In this document: positions 28,334 to 37,708 of the stretch, piece after piece | Layout of the letters: every line of letters starts with the position of its first letter | How positions within the stretch are numbered: position 1 is the stretch's first letter | Origin: an uncultured virus (IMG/VR IMGVR_UViG_3300021092_000032) | Taxonomy: Duplodnaviria > Heunggongvirae > Uroviricota > Caudoviricetes | DNA length: 64,000 bases | Direction: 5' to 3' (one strand) | Virus record (IMG/VR): IMGVR_UViG_3300021092_000032 | Made by a program: the position numbers and the translations under genes | The notes under the pieces: generated by a model | Databases searched by the model: none | What the model was told of the DNA's origin: nothing | The model's input: the letters and a program-made list of their open reading frames with translations, nothing else

Positions 28334-28871
28334 TGCTAGCCAAAGCCTCGCAACAGCGGGCGAGTTCGCGTTGCATCACGATCTGCATTTCGTGGCGCTT
28401 GGCCGGCTCCACGTTGCCAATAATCGCGGCCAACTCGTTCACTATGCGGACAGGGATGTTTTGCACTGCATCGCGAAACGTGCGCACCATCTTGAACGTT
28501 CCCATCTTTACCTCATCCACGCGCACGAGCTGCCCGGCTTTTTCCCGGTACTCCATCTCCAATAGTTTCGCCTTGTAACCTTCCCCGTAAGCGCGTGCCT
28601 TGCTGTAATCAATTGACTGCATACCATCAGTGCCGGTAGTCAGCAGGCCCTGAGCTGCAGCCTTGCCAGTGTTGATCTGCTCGGCCGTGCGCTGCTGCGC
28701 CTGGCTTGTATTGCGGCGCCACTCCACATCAGCGGCAGCCTGGTCAATCTTGGCGTTGCGCCCTGTGTGGGTCACGGCCTGCCGCAACCGCCCATCTTTG
28801 ATGGCTTTGCGCACCGCCTGCGGGCTGACCCCACGGTGCGTGGCGTACTCAGGAATTGAAAGCATCATCAA
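28317..28871 (-). CDS. terS: Terminase small subunit
   Basis: N-terminal HTH (EYA.HRGVS.QAVRKAI..GR), G.LV...V coiled segment; overlaps terL. Confidence 0.8.
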   Translation of the reverse strand: MMMLSIPEYATHRGVSPQAVRKAIKDGRLRQAVTHTGRNAKIDQAAADVEWRRNTSQAQQRTAEQINTGKAAAQGLLTTGTDGMQSIDYSKARAYGEGYKAKLLEMEYREKAGQLVRVDEVKMGTFKMVRTFRDAVQNIPVRIVNELAAIIGNVEPAKRHEMQIVMQRELARCCEALASSDGPF

Positions 28872-29257
28872 TCATGAAACCCAGTGATGAACGGCACGGC
28901 GCGGCAGGTTGGCGCATCTTGCCAGGGGAATGCGATGGGCTGGCAAGCGCCTTCCATCTTGATAACGCTGTTCCATTGCTGGGTATCGCTGGCGTCCACC
29001 CAGAACCAGGCGTCCACGTCATAAAACTTAACAATAAGGTCGGGCAGCTGTTTACAGCTGGCAATCACCCCATCCACGAGCAACATCCCAGCCGCAGGCT
29101 TAGGCAACAGCGGCAGGTCCAGCCTGTGCGACAGCGCCACGGCCATGACCAATCCGGCGGGGCTGGCGCCATAGACGCCGCTGCGCCTGCCTTGGATGCA
29201 CTGCGCAGCGATCAGGTCAATAGCTGCATCAAACCCGGCCCAGCTGAGCTGCATCAT
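28868..29257 (-). CDS. Degenerate type I phosphoribosyltransferase-like protein
   Basis: SW..F...I...YG...GL..AVALSH.L.LP...LLVD...FPW resembles Gpt-type PRTases; PRPP loop altered (VDGVIASCKQL). Confidence 0.6.
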   Translation of the reverse strand: MMQLSWAGFDAAIDLIAAQCIQGRRSGVYGASPAGLVMAVALSHRLDLPLLPKPAAGMLLVDGVIASCKQLPDLIVKFYDVDAWFWVDASDTQQWNSVIKMEGACQPIAFPWQDAPTCRAVPFITGFHD

Positions 29258-29259
29258 CG

Positions 29260-30060
29260 TTAGTGCCCATAGAAAGCATCCAGCGCATACCAGACCAGGC
29301 TGTTCCGGTAGCCGCCTGGATGCGTTGGCACAATGGGCGTCACACCATGCAAGTTCCGCCACGCCGGGTAAACAAGAAGCGAGTTATCCGCGCTGTTGAA
29401 AGTGGTGTCGTAATCAGGGACGAACAGGTTGCCGCCGATGGCGTTGCGGCGCTTTGTGATGATTGCATTGATCCCACCCTTCACGTTCAGATTGTCTTGA
29501 TGCATCCGGGCGGCAATGTTGCAGTTGCTGATACTGCTGCTGAACAGCTCAGCAAAACGCCACTTCTCAGGCACGCGGCGCAGCACGGCTTCACGATGCA
29601 TTGCATACACCTCCGGGGCTGCCTGCTCAACAATGCCCAAGGCTTCTGTGCCGGCCTTGATCATGGCTTTGACAAAAGTGCGGGCGCTGGCCACGGTATG
29701 CACGGCGCTTCGGTTGGGATAGCCGCGCCTCATATGTGGTTTAGGCGGGATGCTGCCCAGAATGCATGAATACTGATCCACGATTCTGTACTGCATTTTG
29801 CCGTCAGGGCCTTTACCCATCGGCTGCTTCCGCTCCATCAGGCTCTTAGGCACGCGATCGCTGTTCAGCTCAGCGTCGGCAATGTTCACCAGGGCCTGCA
29901 GGCGTTCAGGCAGCTTGGCCAGGTAAAAGCCAATAGGCTTTCCCTCCTCCCCGATGAACATCGTGTCTTCAAACAAGGTTGGAGGCCGTTCGGCCGGTTC
30001 GTCATTGATCTTGAAGGCGTGGGCCACTTTCTGCAGATGGACAGTTTTCATAGTTGGCAC
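29260..30060 (-). CDS. TET/JBP-family 2OG-Fe(II) dioxygenase
   Basis: HQD (HxD), GGNL..PDY, LHGVTP (distal His), YRNSLVWY (2OG-binding Arg, RxSLVxY). Confidence 0.8.
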   Translation of the reverse strand: MPTMKTVHLQKVAHAFKINDEPAERPPTLFEDTMFIGEEGKPIGFYLAKLPERLQALVNIADAELNSDRVPKSLMERKQPMGKGPDGKMQYRIVDQYSCILGSIPPKPHMRRGYPNRSAVHTVASARTFVKAMIKAGTEALGIVEQAAPEVYAMHREAVLRRVPEKWRFAELFSSSISNCNIAARMHQDNLNVKGGINAIITKRRNAIGGNLFVPDYDTTFNSADNSLLVYPAWRNLHGVTPIVPTHPGGYRNSLVWYALDAFYGH

Positions 30061-30530
30061 AGCTTGCGAAAGTTGGCTTCGGATTCAGCAGGAGTTTCGT
30101 TTCTCCAAATGGCTTTCGGGCCAGGAAACGCTTTGAAAAAACTGACCCGGCTGCGCATGTTGGATGCGTATGTGTTTTCGTTCCAGCCACCGCTGCCGCG
30201 CTGCAACACCCGGCGGTAAACGACATCACGCGGCACGTTCAGCAGAATGCAAGCCAGGTCAAAGCCCATACCCTGCAGAACACCGATGTCCTTCTTGGCT
30301 GAGTAATACTGGCCAGCGATGACCAGCTTGCCGGTGTAGTTCTGCAGGCTGGCCCAGACTTCGGCCTTGCTGTCACCGCTCAGGCTGTCGGCACCAAATT
30401 GCTTACGGCCCAGAATGTCGAACTCCTGGCAGCGGCAAACGTAATTGGATTGCCCAACAAAGGCGGCCCGCTCAATGATTGTGCTTTTGCCGGCGCCCAT
30501 GGCCCCAGTCAAAAAAACTGCCTGCTTCAC
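30048..30530 (-). CDS. P-loop nucleotide-kinase-like protein
   Basis: VFLTGAMGAGKST Walker A near the N-terminus; R...R lid (YRRVLQRG); 160 aa. Confidence 0.72.
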   Translation of the reverse strand: MKQAVFLTGAMGAGKSTIIERAAFVGQSNYVCRCQEFDILGRKQFGADSLSGDSKAEVWASLQNYTGKLVIAGQYYSAKKDIGVLQGMGFDLACILLNVPRDVVYRRVLQRGSGGWNENTYASNMRSRVSFFKAFPGPKAIWRNETPAESEANFRKLCQL

Positions 30531-31156
30531 AGCTTGGCCTTCTCAGCGGCCAGCTTGTCAATCAGCATCATGCCGACGTAGCCACCTTGCGCACGCCAGA
30601 ACTTGACCAGCTCCTGGGCTTCTTCGTAGTGCTCAGGCTCAAATTCAATCTGTATGGCCTTCTTTACGTCACTTGCCATTTCGTCGAGCTGTTTGTCCAG
30701 GTCGTCCTCGCCGTCCAACACGCTGTAATCCAACTCGGCGCCAAAGCTGGGCAGGTCATCGCCCCAACCCAGCAAGGTCAAGTCAAACTCCAGGCCTTCC
30801 AGGTCTGCCAATTCAGCTTTCAGCAGTTCGTTATCCCAGCCAGCGTTCAGGGCCAGTTGGTTGTCGGCAATCACATACGCCCTGCGTTGCGCCGGGGTCA
30901 GGTGGTCTAGCACCACTACAGGCACCTCATCCAAGCCCAAAGCCTTGGCGGCCATCAGGCGGCCATGGCCGGCGATGATGCCAGCTTGCGTGTCGACCAG
31001 GACCGGATTTAAGAATCCGAACTCCACAATGGACGCGGCAATGCGGTTTACCTGTTCTTCGGAGTGGGTGCGCGGGTTGCGGTCATAAGGCACCAGCTTG
31101 TCGGCGGGCCAAACCTCAACTCGCTTGGCCATGGCTGGCTTGATGGAGACGGGCAT
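30527..31156 (-). CDS. ParB/Srx-domain protein (terminase-linked type)
   Basis: L.PY.RNPRTHS..Q...IA.SI.EFGF.NP.LVD...IIAGHGRL.AA..LG...VPV...AY.IADN. Confidence 0.88.
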   Translation of the reverse strand: MPVSIKPAMAKRVEVWPADKLVPYDRNPRTHSEEQVNRIAASIVEFGFLNPVLVDTQAGIIAGHGRLMAAKALGLDEVPVVVLDHLTPAQRRAYVIADNQLALNAGWDNELLKAELADLEGLEFDLTLLGWGDDLPSFGAELDYSVLDGEDDLDKQLDEMASDVKKAIQIEFEPEHYEEAQELVKFWRAQGGYVGMMLIDKLAAEKAKL

Positions 31157-31159
31157 GGT

Positions 31160-31560
31160 TTGGGCTAGGTGGGGTGGCTTGGCAAATGTTAGACACCCAA
31201 TAGGCCACAAAAGCAACCAAAGCGCAACCTCTAACGTATTGGTTTCCCTCGGCTTTCCGGTGGTTGCCGATTCATTGAAAATCTCCGCCAGCCTGTCAAC
31301 TTGCCTGCCATGGAGGGAGGCAAAGCGGCAGGCAAAATGACAGGCGAGTCTGTAATCCCTTGCGGCGCAATGCTTTTCGCAACCCGAAAAAACCGCTGAC
31401 ACTGGCCAAAAAACGGGAGCGTGGCGCCCGCAGGCTGGCCGGCCAGGGGGGACCCAACCCGGCGGGGGGGTGTGGGCAACAAAGGCAAGGGATGCCCCTG
31501 GGTTGCGCAGCGGACGCCCTGTGCCTTTGTGGGATGTGTGCAGGGGTTGCCCCCGACTGC
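31160..31560. other. Non-coding region upstream of the ParB/terminase cluster, candidate cos/pac region
   Basis: No credible gene; G/C runs (GGGGGGACCC...GGGGGGGTG at 31446-31476) and A/T tracts. Positional inference only. Confidence 0.35.
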
Positions 31561-31561
31561 C

Positions 31562-32122
31562 TTACCTGACAAACCCTGCAGACACCTTCTTGATGCCTTG
31601 CACAATGCCGTTCTGCAGTTGCTCCTCAATGCGCTGCTCAGTGGCTTGCTGGATGGCCCCTTTGTGTTTGCCACCTGTGTAGATGGCATGGATGGACGGC
31701 CCATGGACCACCCGCAGGGGCAGACGTGCCTGGCCCTTGCGCTTAAAAGGAAGGCCCTTGGCAATAAAGCCGCCCTTCACGATGCTGCGCTGGCCCTTGA
31801 AAATGGCAAGGGACAGGCCTTTGGCTGTTTCCTTTGCCTTGTACTGCATTGCCGTTATTGGTTTGCGGCTGGTCCTGATGATTGCTGTTTGCCCACCATC
31901 CCGATAGGTGGGCTGGGATACGTCTTGCTTAATGCGCCCTGCGCTGAGTGAGTACCGCTGGCCGACTTCCTTGGCGAGGGTAGTGCGCCCACCACGGGCG
32001 GCAATCTTTACGCCATGCTTCACAGCTTTTGGAATGTCCTGGGCAGACATGCGCTGCAGCGCGGCGACCAGCTCTTTGTCGCCAAGCACCCGAGCAGTGA
32101 GCCGAATGTCAATTTGTGCCAT
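31562..32122 (-). CDS. Minor tail/neck protein, lambda gpZ-like
   Basis: F.R.G..RLP...V.GPS motif; GGAGG RBS upstream. Confidence 0.7.
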   Translation of the reverse strand: MAQIDIRLTARVLGDKELVAALQRMSAQDIPKAVKHGVKIAARGGRTTLAKEVGQRYSLSAGRIKQDVSQPTYRDGGQTAIIRTSRKPITAMQYKAKETAKGLSLAIFKGQRSIVKGGFIAKGLPFKRKGQARLPLRVVHGPSIHAIYTGGKHKGAIQQATEQRIEEQLQNGIVQGIKKVSAGFVR

Positions 32123-32155
32123 TGAACGGGCCTCCTGTATCCAGGCTAGGGGGGC

Positions 32156-32215
32156 AGAGGCTTTCAGAGGTTCCTTGAGGGCCGCTGAGGTCTGTTGAGG
32201 TTTGTTGAGGTTTTG
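32156..32215 (-). repeat. Decamer array (6 degenerate units)
   Basis: GAGG every 10 bp on +, i.e. ACCTCA-type units on -. Confidence 0.85.
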
Positions 32216-32224
32216 CGCGTGCGG

Positions 32225-32470
32225 TGGTTACGGTGTGGTTACGGTCAGCGTAACGGATGTAAACCTTTGCGCCAGAAGGCTTTAGGTGCCATGCGTTACA
32301 CGTTACACCTATTTTTTAAGAGAGGTAAAAAAAAGAAGAAGGAGGGGCACACACACACACAGCACAAAGGGGGGCTATTGCGCCAGGTTGGCGTAACCGC
32401 TGCAACATACGCGAAAACCCCTGCACTGCAAGGGTTTTAGGGTGTTACACAGGGCGTAACTTGGTTACAG
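32225..32470. other. Putative replication origin (GTTAC/GTAAC iterons around an A/T-rich tract)
   Basis: About 9 GTTAC/GTAAC pentamers in both orientations, immediately downstream of the primase-helicase stop. Confidence 0.6.
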
Positions 32471-35056
32471 TGCCGCCAATGGCAAGCGTGTCGCGCGGGA
32501 TTTGGCCCCTGCGCCTTTGAAATGCACAACACCGGCCCGCTCAGCACCGGGCAAGCGTGCGAGCACCGTTGCCCAAGAATGGGCCCAGGCTGTGTCCTGC
32601 AAAATCGTCCGTATGGCCTGGGCAGTGTTGCTCACCAGGAGATGCCCTGTGTCCTCCACGCGAAGGCCATTGCGGCCTAAGGCAGCCTGCGCAAGGTTGG
32701 TACTAATGTCCAAGCTCATCTCGGCACCCTGCGCCAGCTCAACGACCTCGCCCAAAGTGCGGGTAAAAGTGCCGTGATCTGTCTCAATACGAATTTGATG
32801 CTGCAGCAGGCGCTGGATGCACTGCACCTCGTCGGGTACTTCAGTGGCCTGGCTGTAAGGCTCCCAGTCGTTGTCCTCAATCAGCGCACGGGCTTCAGCT
32901 TCGGTTGGGACATGATCATGCATCAATGCCCAGGCGCCGGCTAAAAGCGTGCCGTATTGGTCACCTTGGCGCTGGCTGTCAAAGGCATCAGCAGCTACGC
33001 GGGTAAACACGCGGCACGCTTGGCGGATCATTGGGATCAACGCCACAGTGCGAGCGATGAGCCGCACAGCAAACTCAGGCGTAATGGTTTTTTCTAGGTC
33101 GCGCTCTAAAGATTCCCAGTGGGCCTGGCGCTCATCCTTCGGTGTGTCATTGCCGTTGCGCAGTGTGAGTTGAGCAAACCGGGTGCGATCTGCGCCTTGC
33201 TTTAGTGCCGTCGTGATGGACGACATGAAGAACATGCTGCGGATATGGAAGCGTGTCACTTCCCCGCTCGGGCTGCCCTTCAGCATCTTGGCGTGCGACT
33301 CGCTACTGGCAACGCGGGCCAAAGCCAGCACGTTCTGCATCCTGTACTGGTCCTGTTTTTCGTTTGATTCGGCCTCATCAAACACCACAGGCAGCGCATC
33401 ACTGCGCAATGCCTGGCGCAAACCGGCTTCGCTTGTGTTGCCGGCGACGTTTAAGCCAAGGTCGGCCAGCAAAGGGGCCACAAACTTGTCCAGGATGGCG
33501 CTTTTGCCAGTGCCGGCGCCGCCTGTTAACCAAGCGTGCGGGCGCCAGTCCAGCGCACCGCAAATAGGCGCCAAAGTGGCCCAGCCAGCCAACAGCAGGC
33601 CAGAAGCTGGTACTTCCCAGCGAAATCGGCAGGCCAAGGCGGCCACCAGGGCAGCCTCATCGGCATTTAACGGGCAATGGCCGGGGCCCTCCAATGCCTG
33701 GGCGCGTTGGTACAGGTAACGCGACTGAAGCGCGGCCGTGATCGGCATGGTTTCACCATCAACGATCAAACGGTCGCCTAAATGCACAACAGCCCGGCCG
33801 GCATCGTGCCAAGCGCCCCTACCTCGTATGCGTTCAGGGCTGTAGACGCCAACGGCTGAGCACTGCTGGAACAGGCTGGCAGCTGCGGCCACCCATTTCA
33901 CACCTTCGCGACTGCCGGGGTACAGCGATTCCCAGAAGGGCAACGGGGCCAGCGCGACAAGGTTGGTACTGTTGTGGCTTGCGCGGCTCAAGCGCATCAC
34001 CTGGCCGGTGTTGTTTGGCTGGTAGTAATAATTTTCGCCGTCAAAGCCCAGGCACTGAAACGGCGGCGCTGAGTCAGGCTCAGCATCAGCGGCTGTGGCA
34101 GCCAGTGGGATAGCCCTGGGGGCCACATGACTGATATGGGCCGTTACCCAGGCGGCGGCCTGCTGCTGGGTCCACTGGGCGTCAGCCAGGTCCCAACCGG
34201 TTTTCCATGTGGGGCCGTTGGCAACGATGCGCACAGTGACCCCCGGCAGTTGCAGCAAACGCTGCCCCAACTCATCCATCGCCTGCTCACCTGGCGCATC
34301 GTGATCAGGCCAGAGCACAACCTTTCGCCCGGCAAGGGCGCTCCATGCTGTTTTGCTAATGGCCTTACAGCCGCCGGACCATGTGACGACCACAGCTTGC
34401 GGAAACAAAAGCGCGGCGGCGTCTGCTGTTTTCTCGCCTTCAACTACCAGCACATTGGCATCAGGCCGCTCGGCCAGGCCAGCCTCGTTATACAAAGGGC
34501 GGCTATCGCCCAACGGGGCTTTCCAGCTCCAAACAACACCATTCCAAGTCAGCGGGCGAATGGCTTTGCCGGCAAAGCGGCAAACGTAAAAAGTTGGGCT
34601 GTATTGCCAAACATGTTCAGCCCCACTGGTAGGAGGGGCAACAGGCGGCGCGGGTATGAACGCAGTTGAAGTCCCCTGAGGTCCCTTGAGGTCTATTGAG
34701 GTTCCTTGAGGCTTTGTGGCCGAGCGTGGCGCTGCAGCAGAAAGCCGTGCCGGGGCTTTTTCCGCACCGATACCCAGGTGTTCTTCAACAGCGCGTGCGG
34801 CTTGTTTGTAATCCCAGCCTTTGACGCGCATCAGCAGGTCCATACCGTTGCCAGCGCCGCCGTTCTGGTGTTTGCCGCCGCAACGGTTGCAAAACCAGGA
34901 TCCACTACCGTCCTTGTCATCAAACCGGTAGCGGTCCGTGCCGCCGCACAAAGGGCAAGGCTGATGCGCGTCAGTCAGTTGCTGGTCGGTGAGGCCGCCA
35001 AGACACGCCAAGATTTCCGGCCAGCGCCCACGGGCGGCCCGCACTAGGTCAGCCAT
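32465..35056 (-). CDS. Primase-helicase, P4 alpha-like (Zn-binding + TOPRIM + SF3 helicase)
   Basis: H.PCP.CGG.DRYRFDD..G.GSW.C..CG; VVEGEKTA, WPD.D..G; GGAGTGKS, DEAE. Confidence 0.88.
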   Translation of the reverse strand: MADLVRAARGRWPEILACLGGLTDQQLTDAHQPCPLCGGTDRYRFDDKDGSGSWFCNRCGGKHQNGGAGNGMDLLMRVKGWDYKQAARAVEEHLGIGAEKAPARLSAAAPRSATKPQGTSIDLKGPQGTSTAFIPAPPVAPPTSGAEHVWQYSPTFYVCRFAGKAIRPLTWNGVVWSWKAPLGDSRPLYNEAGLAERPDANVLVVEGEKTADAAALLFPQAVVVTWSGGCKAISKTAWSALAGRKVVLWPDHDAPGEQAMDELGQRLLQLPGVTVRIVANGPTWKTGWDLADAQWTQQQAAAWVTAHISHVAPRAIPLAATAADAEPDSAPPFQCLGFDGENYYYQPNNTGQVMRLSRASHNSTNLVALAPLPFWESLYPGSREGVKWVAAAASLFQQCSAVGVYSPERIRGRGAWHDAGRAVVHLGDRLIVDGETMPITAALQSRYLYQRAQALEGPGHCPLNADEAALVAALACRFRWEVPASGLLLAGWATLAPICGALDWRPHAWLTGGAGTGKSAILDKFVAPLLADLGLNVAGNTSEAGLRQALRSDALPVVFDEAESNEKQDQYRMQNVLALARVASSESHAKMLKGSPSGEVTRFHIRSMFFMSSITTALKQGADRTRFAQLTLRNGNDTPKDERQAHWESLERDLEKTITPEFAVRLIARTVALIPMIRQACRVFTRVAADAFDSQRQGDQYGTLLAGAWALMHDHVPTEAEARALIEDNDWEPYSQATEVPDEVQCIQRLLQHQIRIETDHGTFTRTLGEVVELAQGAEMSLDISTNLAQAALGRNGLRVEDTGHLLVSNTAQAIRTILQDTAWAHSWATVLARLPGAERAGVVHFKGAGAKSRATRLPLAAL
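34666..34712 (-). repeat. Decamer array inside primase linker (5 units)
   Basis: 10-bp period; encodes PQGTSIDLKGPQGTS. Confidence 0.85.
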
Positions 35057-35058
35057 GG

Positions 35059-35247
35059 TTAGTCCAACCTTTCTTTCTCAATCTCCAAAGCCAACCGGCG
35101 TAGCTCTGTAACAACAGTGCGAGGCGTGGACCCTGGCATGTGAGCCAGCAGGGCGGCACGTTGGCGCAGCAGTTCACCCATGCGGCGCCGCTCGTAAGAA
35201 ACACCAGCGGCAAACGCCACAGAGTCGCGCAATTCCTGGGGTCTCAT
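35059..35247 (-). CDS. Hypothetical protein
   Basis: Tightly packed in the operon; ATGA overlap with the upstream gene. Confidence 0.55.
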   Translation of the reverse strand: MRPQELRDSVAFAAGVSYERRRMGELLRQRAALLAHMPGSTPRTVVTELRRLALEIEKERLD

Positions 35248-35543
35248 GCGTCGGCCTCTTGCGCTATGGCAGCTGAAGTCCCTTGAAGTTCCTTGAGGTC
35301 TATTGATGTTCCTTGAGGTCCCAATGCCAGGGCGGCCCGTTTGCGAAAAATGCGGCAGGCCCGGACTACTCCTTCAGCTGCTGTATAAGTCCAGTTGCGG
35401 TGCTGTATCTGTTGCGTGGCCCAGTGCTCGGGTTGCTTGGCCCATCTGAGGACGGCCTCGTCGTTGGCTGGCGAGCATCTCATGGCATCTCGGTAAAGGC
35501 ATCGCAGGCGCTGCAGGCACTGCTGAGGGGTGAGTGTTGCCAT
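35244..35543 (-). CDS. Hypothetical protein (start MATLTP) with decamer array near the 3' end
   Basis: Fits the operon gap; 35273-35322 encodes PQGTSIDLKELQGTS. Confidence 0.55.
   Translation of the reverse strand: MATLTPQQCLQRLRCLYRDAMRCSPANDEAVLRWAKQPEHWATQQIQHRNWTYTAAEGVVRACRIFRKRAALALGPQGTSIDLKELQGTSAAIAQEADA
35273..35322 (-). repeat. Decamer array (5 units)
   Basis: 10-bp period, closely similar to 34666-34712. Confidence 0.85.
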
Positions 35544-35619
35544 CGCGGGCGATGCAGGTTGACCGGCCCAGTGTGCGGGTGCTGGGCAGTTGGTAAAGGT
35601 GGGCTGTCGCAATTTGAAA

Positions 35620-35979
35620 TCAGGCTCTGCCGTCAAGGATGGCGCGGGCCTGGTCCACTGTCCGAGCCACGCCGGCAAGTCCACCAGCGGCACGGACCAC
35701 CTCAATGAATCGCAGCTGTTCGGGCGTAGCCCTGGCCCTGTCCTTGACTTCGATTGCCACGAAAACGGCCACCGATTGCCCCACCATGTCCGGAGTGATG
35801 TTGACCGTGTGCCACCCGATAAGGTCGCTGCTGCCGGTGCAGAGTCCGTAGCGGACCAGGCGGCCGGAGTGGTCTTTAAGAGCGCCTGTGTTGTTGCGGA
35901 ACAGGCGAGCAGCGCCACAGCCCAACGCCAAACGGATTGAATTTTGGACGACGTGCTCATTGCTGCGCCCTCCGGCCAT
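35620..35979 (-). CDS. VRR-NUC domain nuclease
   Basis: E..VQ..I, FRNNTG, G.SDLIG, FVAIEVK...R.TPEQ..F...V..AGG.AGVAR. Confidence 0.85.
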   Translation of the reverse strand: MAGGRSNEHVVQNSIRLALGCGAARLFRNNTGALKDHSGRLVRYGLCTGSSDLIGWHTVNITPDMVGQSVAVFVAIEVKDRARATPEQLRFIEVVRAAGGLAGVARTVDQARAILDGRA

Positions 35980-37606
35980 GACGGTGCTGACGGGCGTTCC
36001 AGATGTGATGTGCCCAGCCGGGACTGTAGCCGCGCTGTGCGGCCAGGGCCTGCAGGGCTTCAAGGGTCTTCGCTTGCGCACGCTCCTCGTCCTTGCCGCG
36101 CTTCACCAGGCGCAGCTCTGCGCAGGGGGTCCATTCCGAGGACCAGGCCGCATCTGGCCCAACAAATGGCACGATCAGTTCGTTGCCTGTCTGTGATCGC
36201 AGCAGGAGGCGGGCGTGCCAGCCGGTGTCAAACCGGGCTACCGCCTCCACCCGCATCGGCGGAAGCGGGTGCGTGGCACGGGCGGGCTCATCCTTGAACG
36301 TCACATAATCGCCCACGCGGAACGCGGCAAGCTCCACAAGATCGCCGTCAATAACGGCCAGCTCGCGCCTCTCAGTCTGAAACTGGTGGCCGCACACGGG
36401 GCACACGGTGGCCGCCGATGGGATGGCGGCAAAGCACCCGTCGCATACCTTCACTGGCGGGGCGGCGTCACGGTTGCGCTTCCTGCGGCCCTTCAGGCTC
36501 CAGTCACGCGGGTCAGTGGGCAGGCCGTGCCGCTGGGTGTTGCCGACGTGATCCATGATGATCGCGTGGTCCTTGCCAGGCGCCGGGCGCAAGCATCGCC
36601 CCACCTGCTGCAGGAACAAGCCAAGCGATTGCGTAGGTCGGAGCAGGATCGCGCCTGTGACGCTGGGAACGTCGGTGCCTTCGCTGATGATCTGGCAGCT
36701 GGCCAGCACCTTGATCCGCCCGGCGCCCAGGGCCTCGATCAGGCCGCGCCGGGTGTTCTTGTCCATGGTGCCGTCAATCACTGCAGCAGGAAAGCCGGCG
36801 GAGTTGAAGGCATCGGCTACCGCCTGTGCGTGGGCCACCGTGCAGCAAAACGCGATAGCGGTGCCCGGCGCAAGGTGCCGGCGATAGTGAGTCACAGCAT
36901 CGCCCATGATGCCCGCCTGCTGCAACTGCTGCTCTGCTTCATTCATGCGGTAGTCGCCGCCCAGCTTGCGGACGCCGCTCATGTCCAACTTGTTCGGTGG
37001 GGCATACACGCGGGCCGGCGCCAGGTAACCCTCTTCCGTGAGCCAAGCTGCATCTGGCCCGATGACCATCTCTTGGAAGAAATGGCCCAAAGCCTGGCCG
37101 TCTAAACGCTCTGGGGTCGCAGTGACCCCTAAAACTTTGGCCCTGGCGTAGTGGTCAATCACCTTTGACCATTGACCAGCGACGGCGTGGTGTGCCTCGT
37201 CAACAATCAACAAACCGAAGAAGTCAGCTGGAACGCGATGCAGCCGCCGCGCCAGGGTTTGCACGCTGGCAATCTGGACGCTGTGGCTCAAATCCATACT
37301 GCGGCCGGCAGCGATAACGCCGTGGTCCATGCCCAGCGCCTGCAGGCTGCGACTGGCTTGATCTACCAGTTCTTGCCGGTGGACCAATATGCAAATGCGG
37401 TTACCGCGTTGGGCGGCTTGCTCAGCAATGTGGCTAAAAATGACCGTCTTGCCGCCGCCCGTGGGCAGGACGTATAGGCAGCAACGTGTACCTCTCATAA
37501 ATCCGAGCCGCAGGTTGTTTACTCCCTCTTCCTGATACTTCCTAAGTTTTACTTTCACTTTCCGGAATCTTTGTAAGTCGTTGACAATACAAGGAAAACA
37601 CGGCAA
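35957..37606 (-). CDS. SF2 DEAD/H helicase with C-terminal Zn ribbon
   Basis: LRKYQ, LPTGGGKT, DEAHH, TATPER, EG.DVP, QQVGRCLR, CxxC...CPxC. Start uncertain. Confidence 0.92.
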   Translation of the reverse strand: MPCFPCIVNDLQRFRKVKVKLRKYQEEGVNNLRLGFMRGTRCCLYVLPTGGGKTVIFSHIAEQAAQRGNRICILVHRQELVDQASRSLQALGMDHGVIAAGRSMDLSHSVQIASVQTLARRLHRVPADFFGLLIVDEAHHAVAGQWSKVIDHYARAKVLGVTATPERLDGQALGHFFQEMVIGPDAAWLTEEGYLAPARVYAPPNKLDMSGVRKLGGDYRMNEAEQQLQQAGIMGDAVTHYRRHLAPGTAIAFCCTVAHAQAVADAFNSAGFPAAVIDGTMDKNTRRGLIEALGAGRIKVLASCQIISEGTDVPSVTGAILLRPTQSLGLFLQQVGRCLRPAPGKDHAIIMDHVGNTQRHGLPTDPRDWSLKGRRKRNRDAAPPVKVCDGCFAAIPSAATVCPVCGHQFQTERRELAVIDGDLVELAAFRVGDYVTFKDEPARATHPLPPMRVEAVARFDTGWHARLLLRSQTGNELIVPFVGPDAAWSSEWTPCAELRLVKRGKDEERAQAKTLEALQALAAQRGYSPGWAHHIWNARQHRHGRRAQQ

Positions 37607-37708
37607 ATACGGGTACGCAAGTAATGTTTAGAATTGTTTCAATAAGAGCCGTGAAACTCAGTGATGATGCAGGATGCGGGTAACCACCCCTTTTCAAAAA
37701 AACATGCG

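Noticed and set aside
30048..31156. ParAB plasmid-prophage partition system
   Set aside because: The P-loop protein is short and kinase-like, lacking the ParA KGGxGK deviant Walker A. The ParB is the terminase-linked type.
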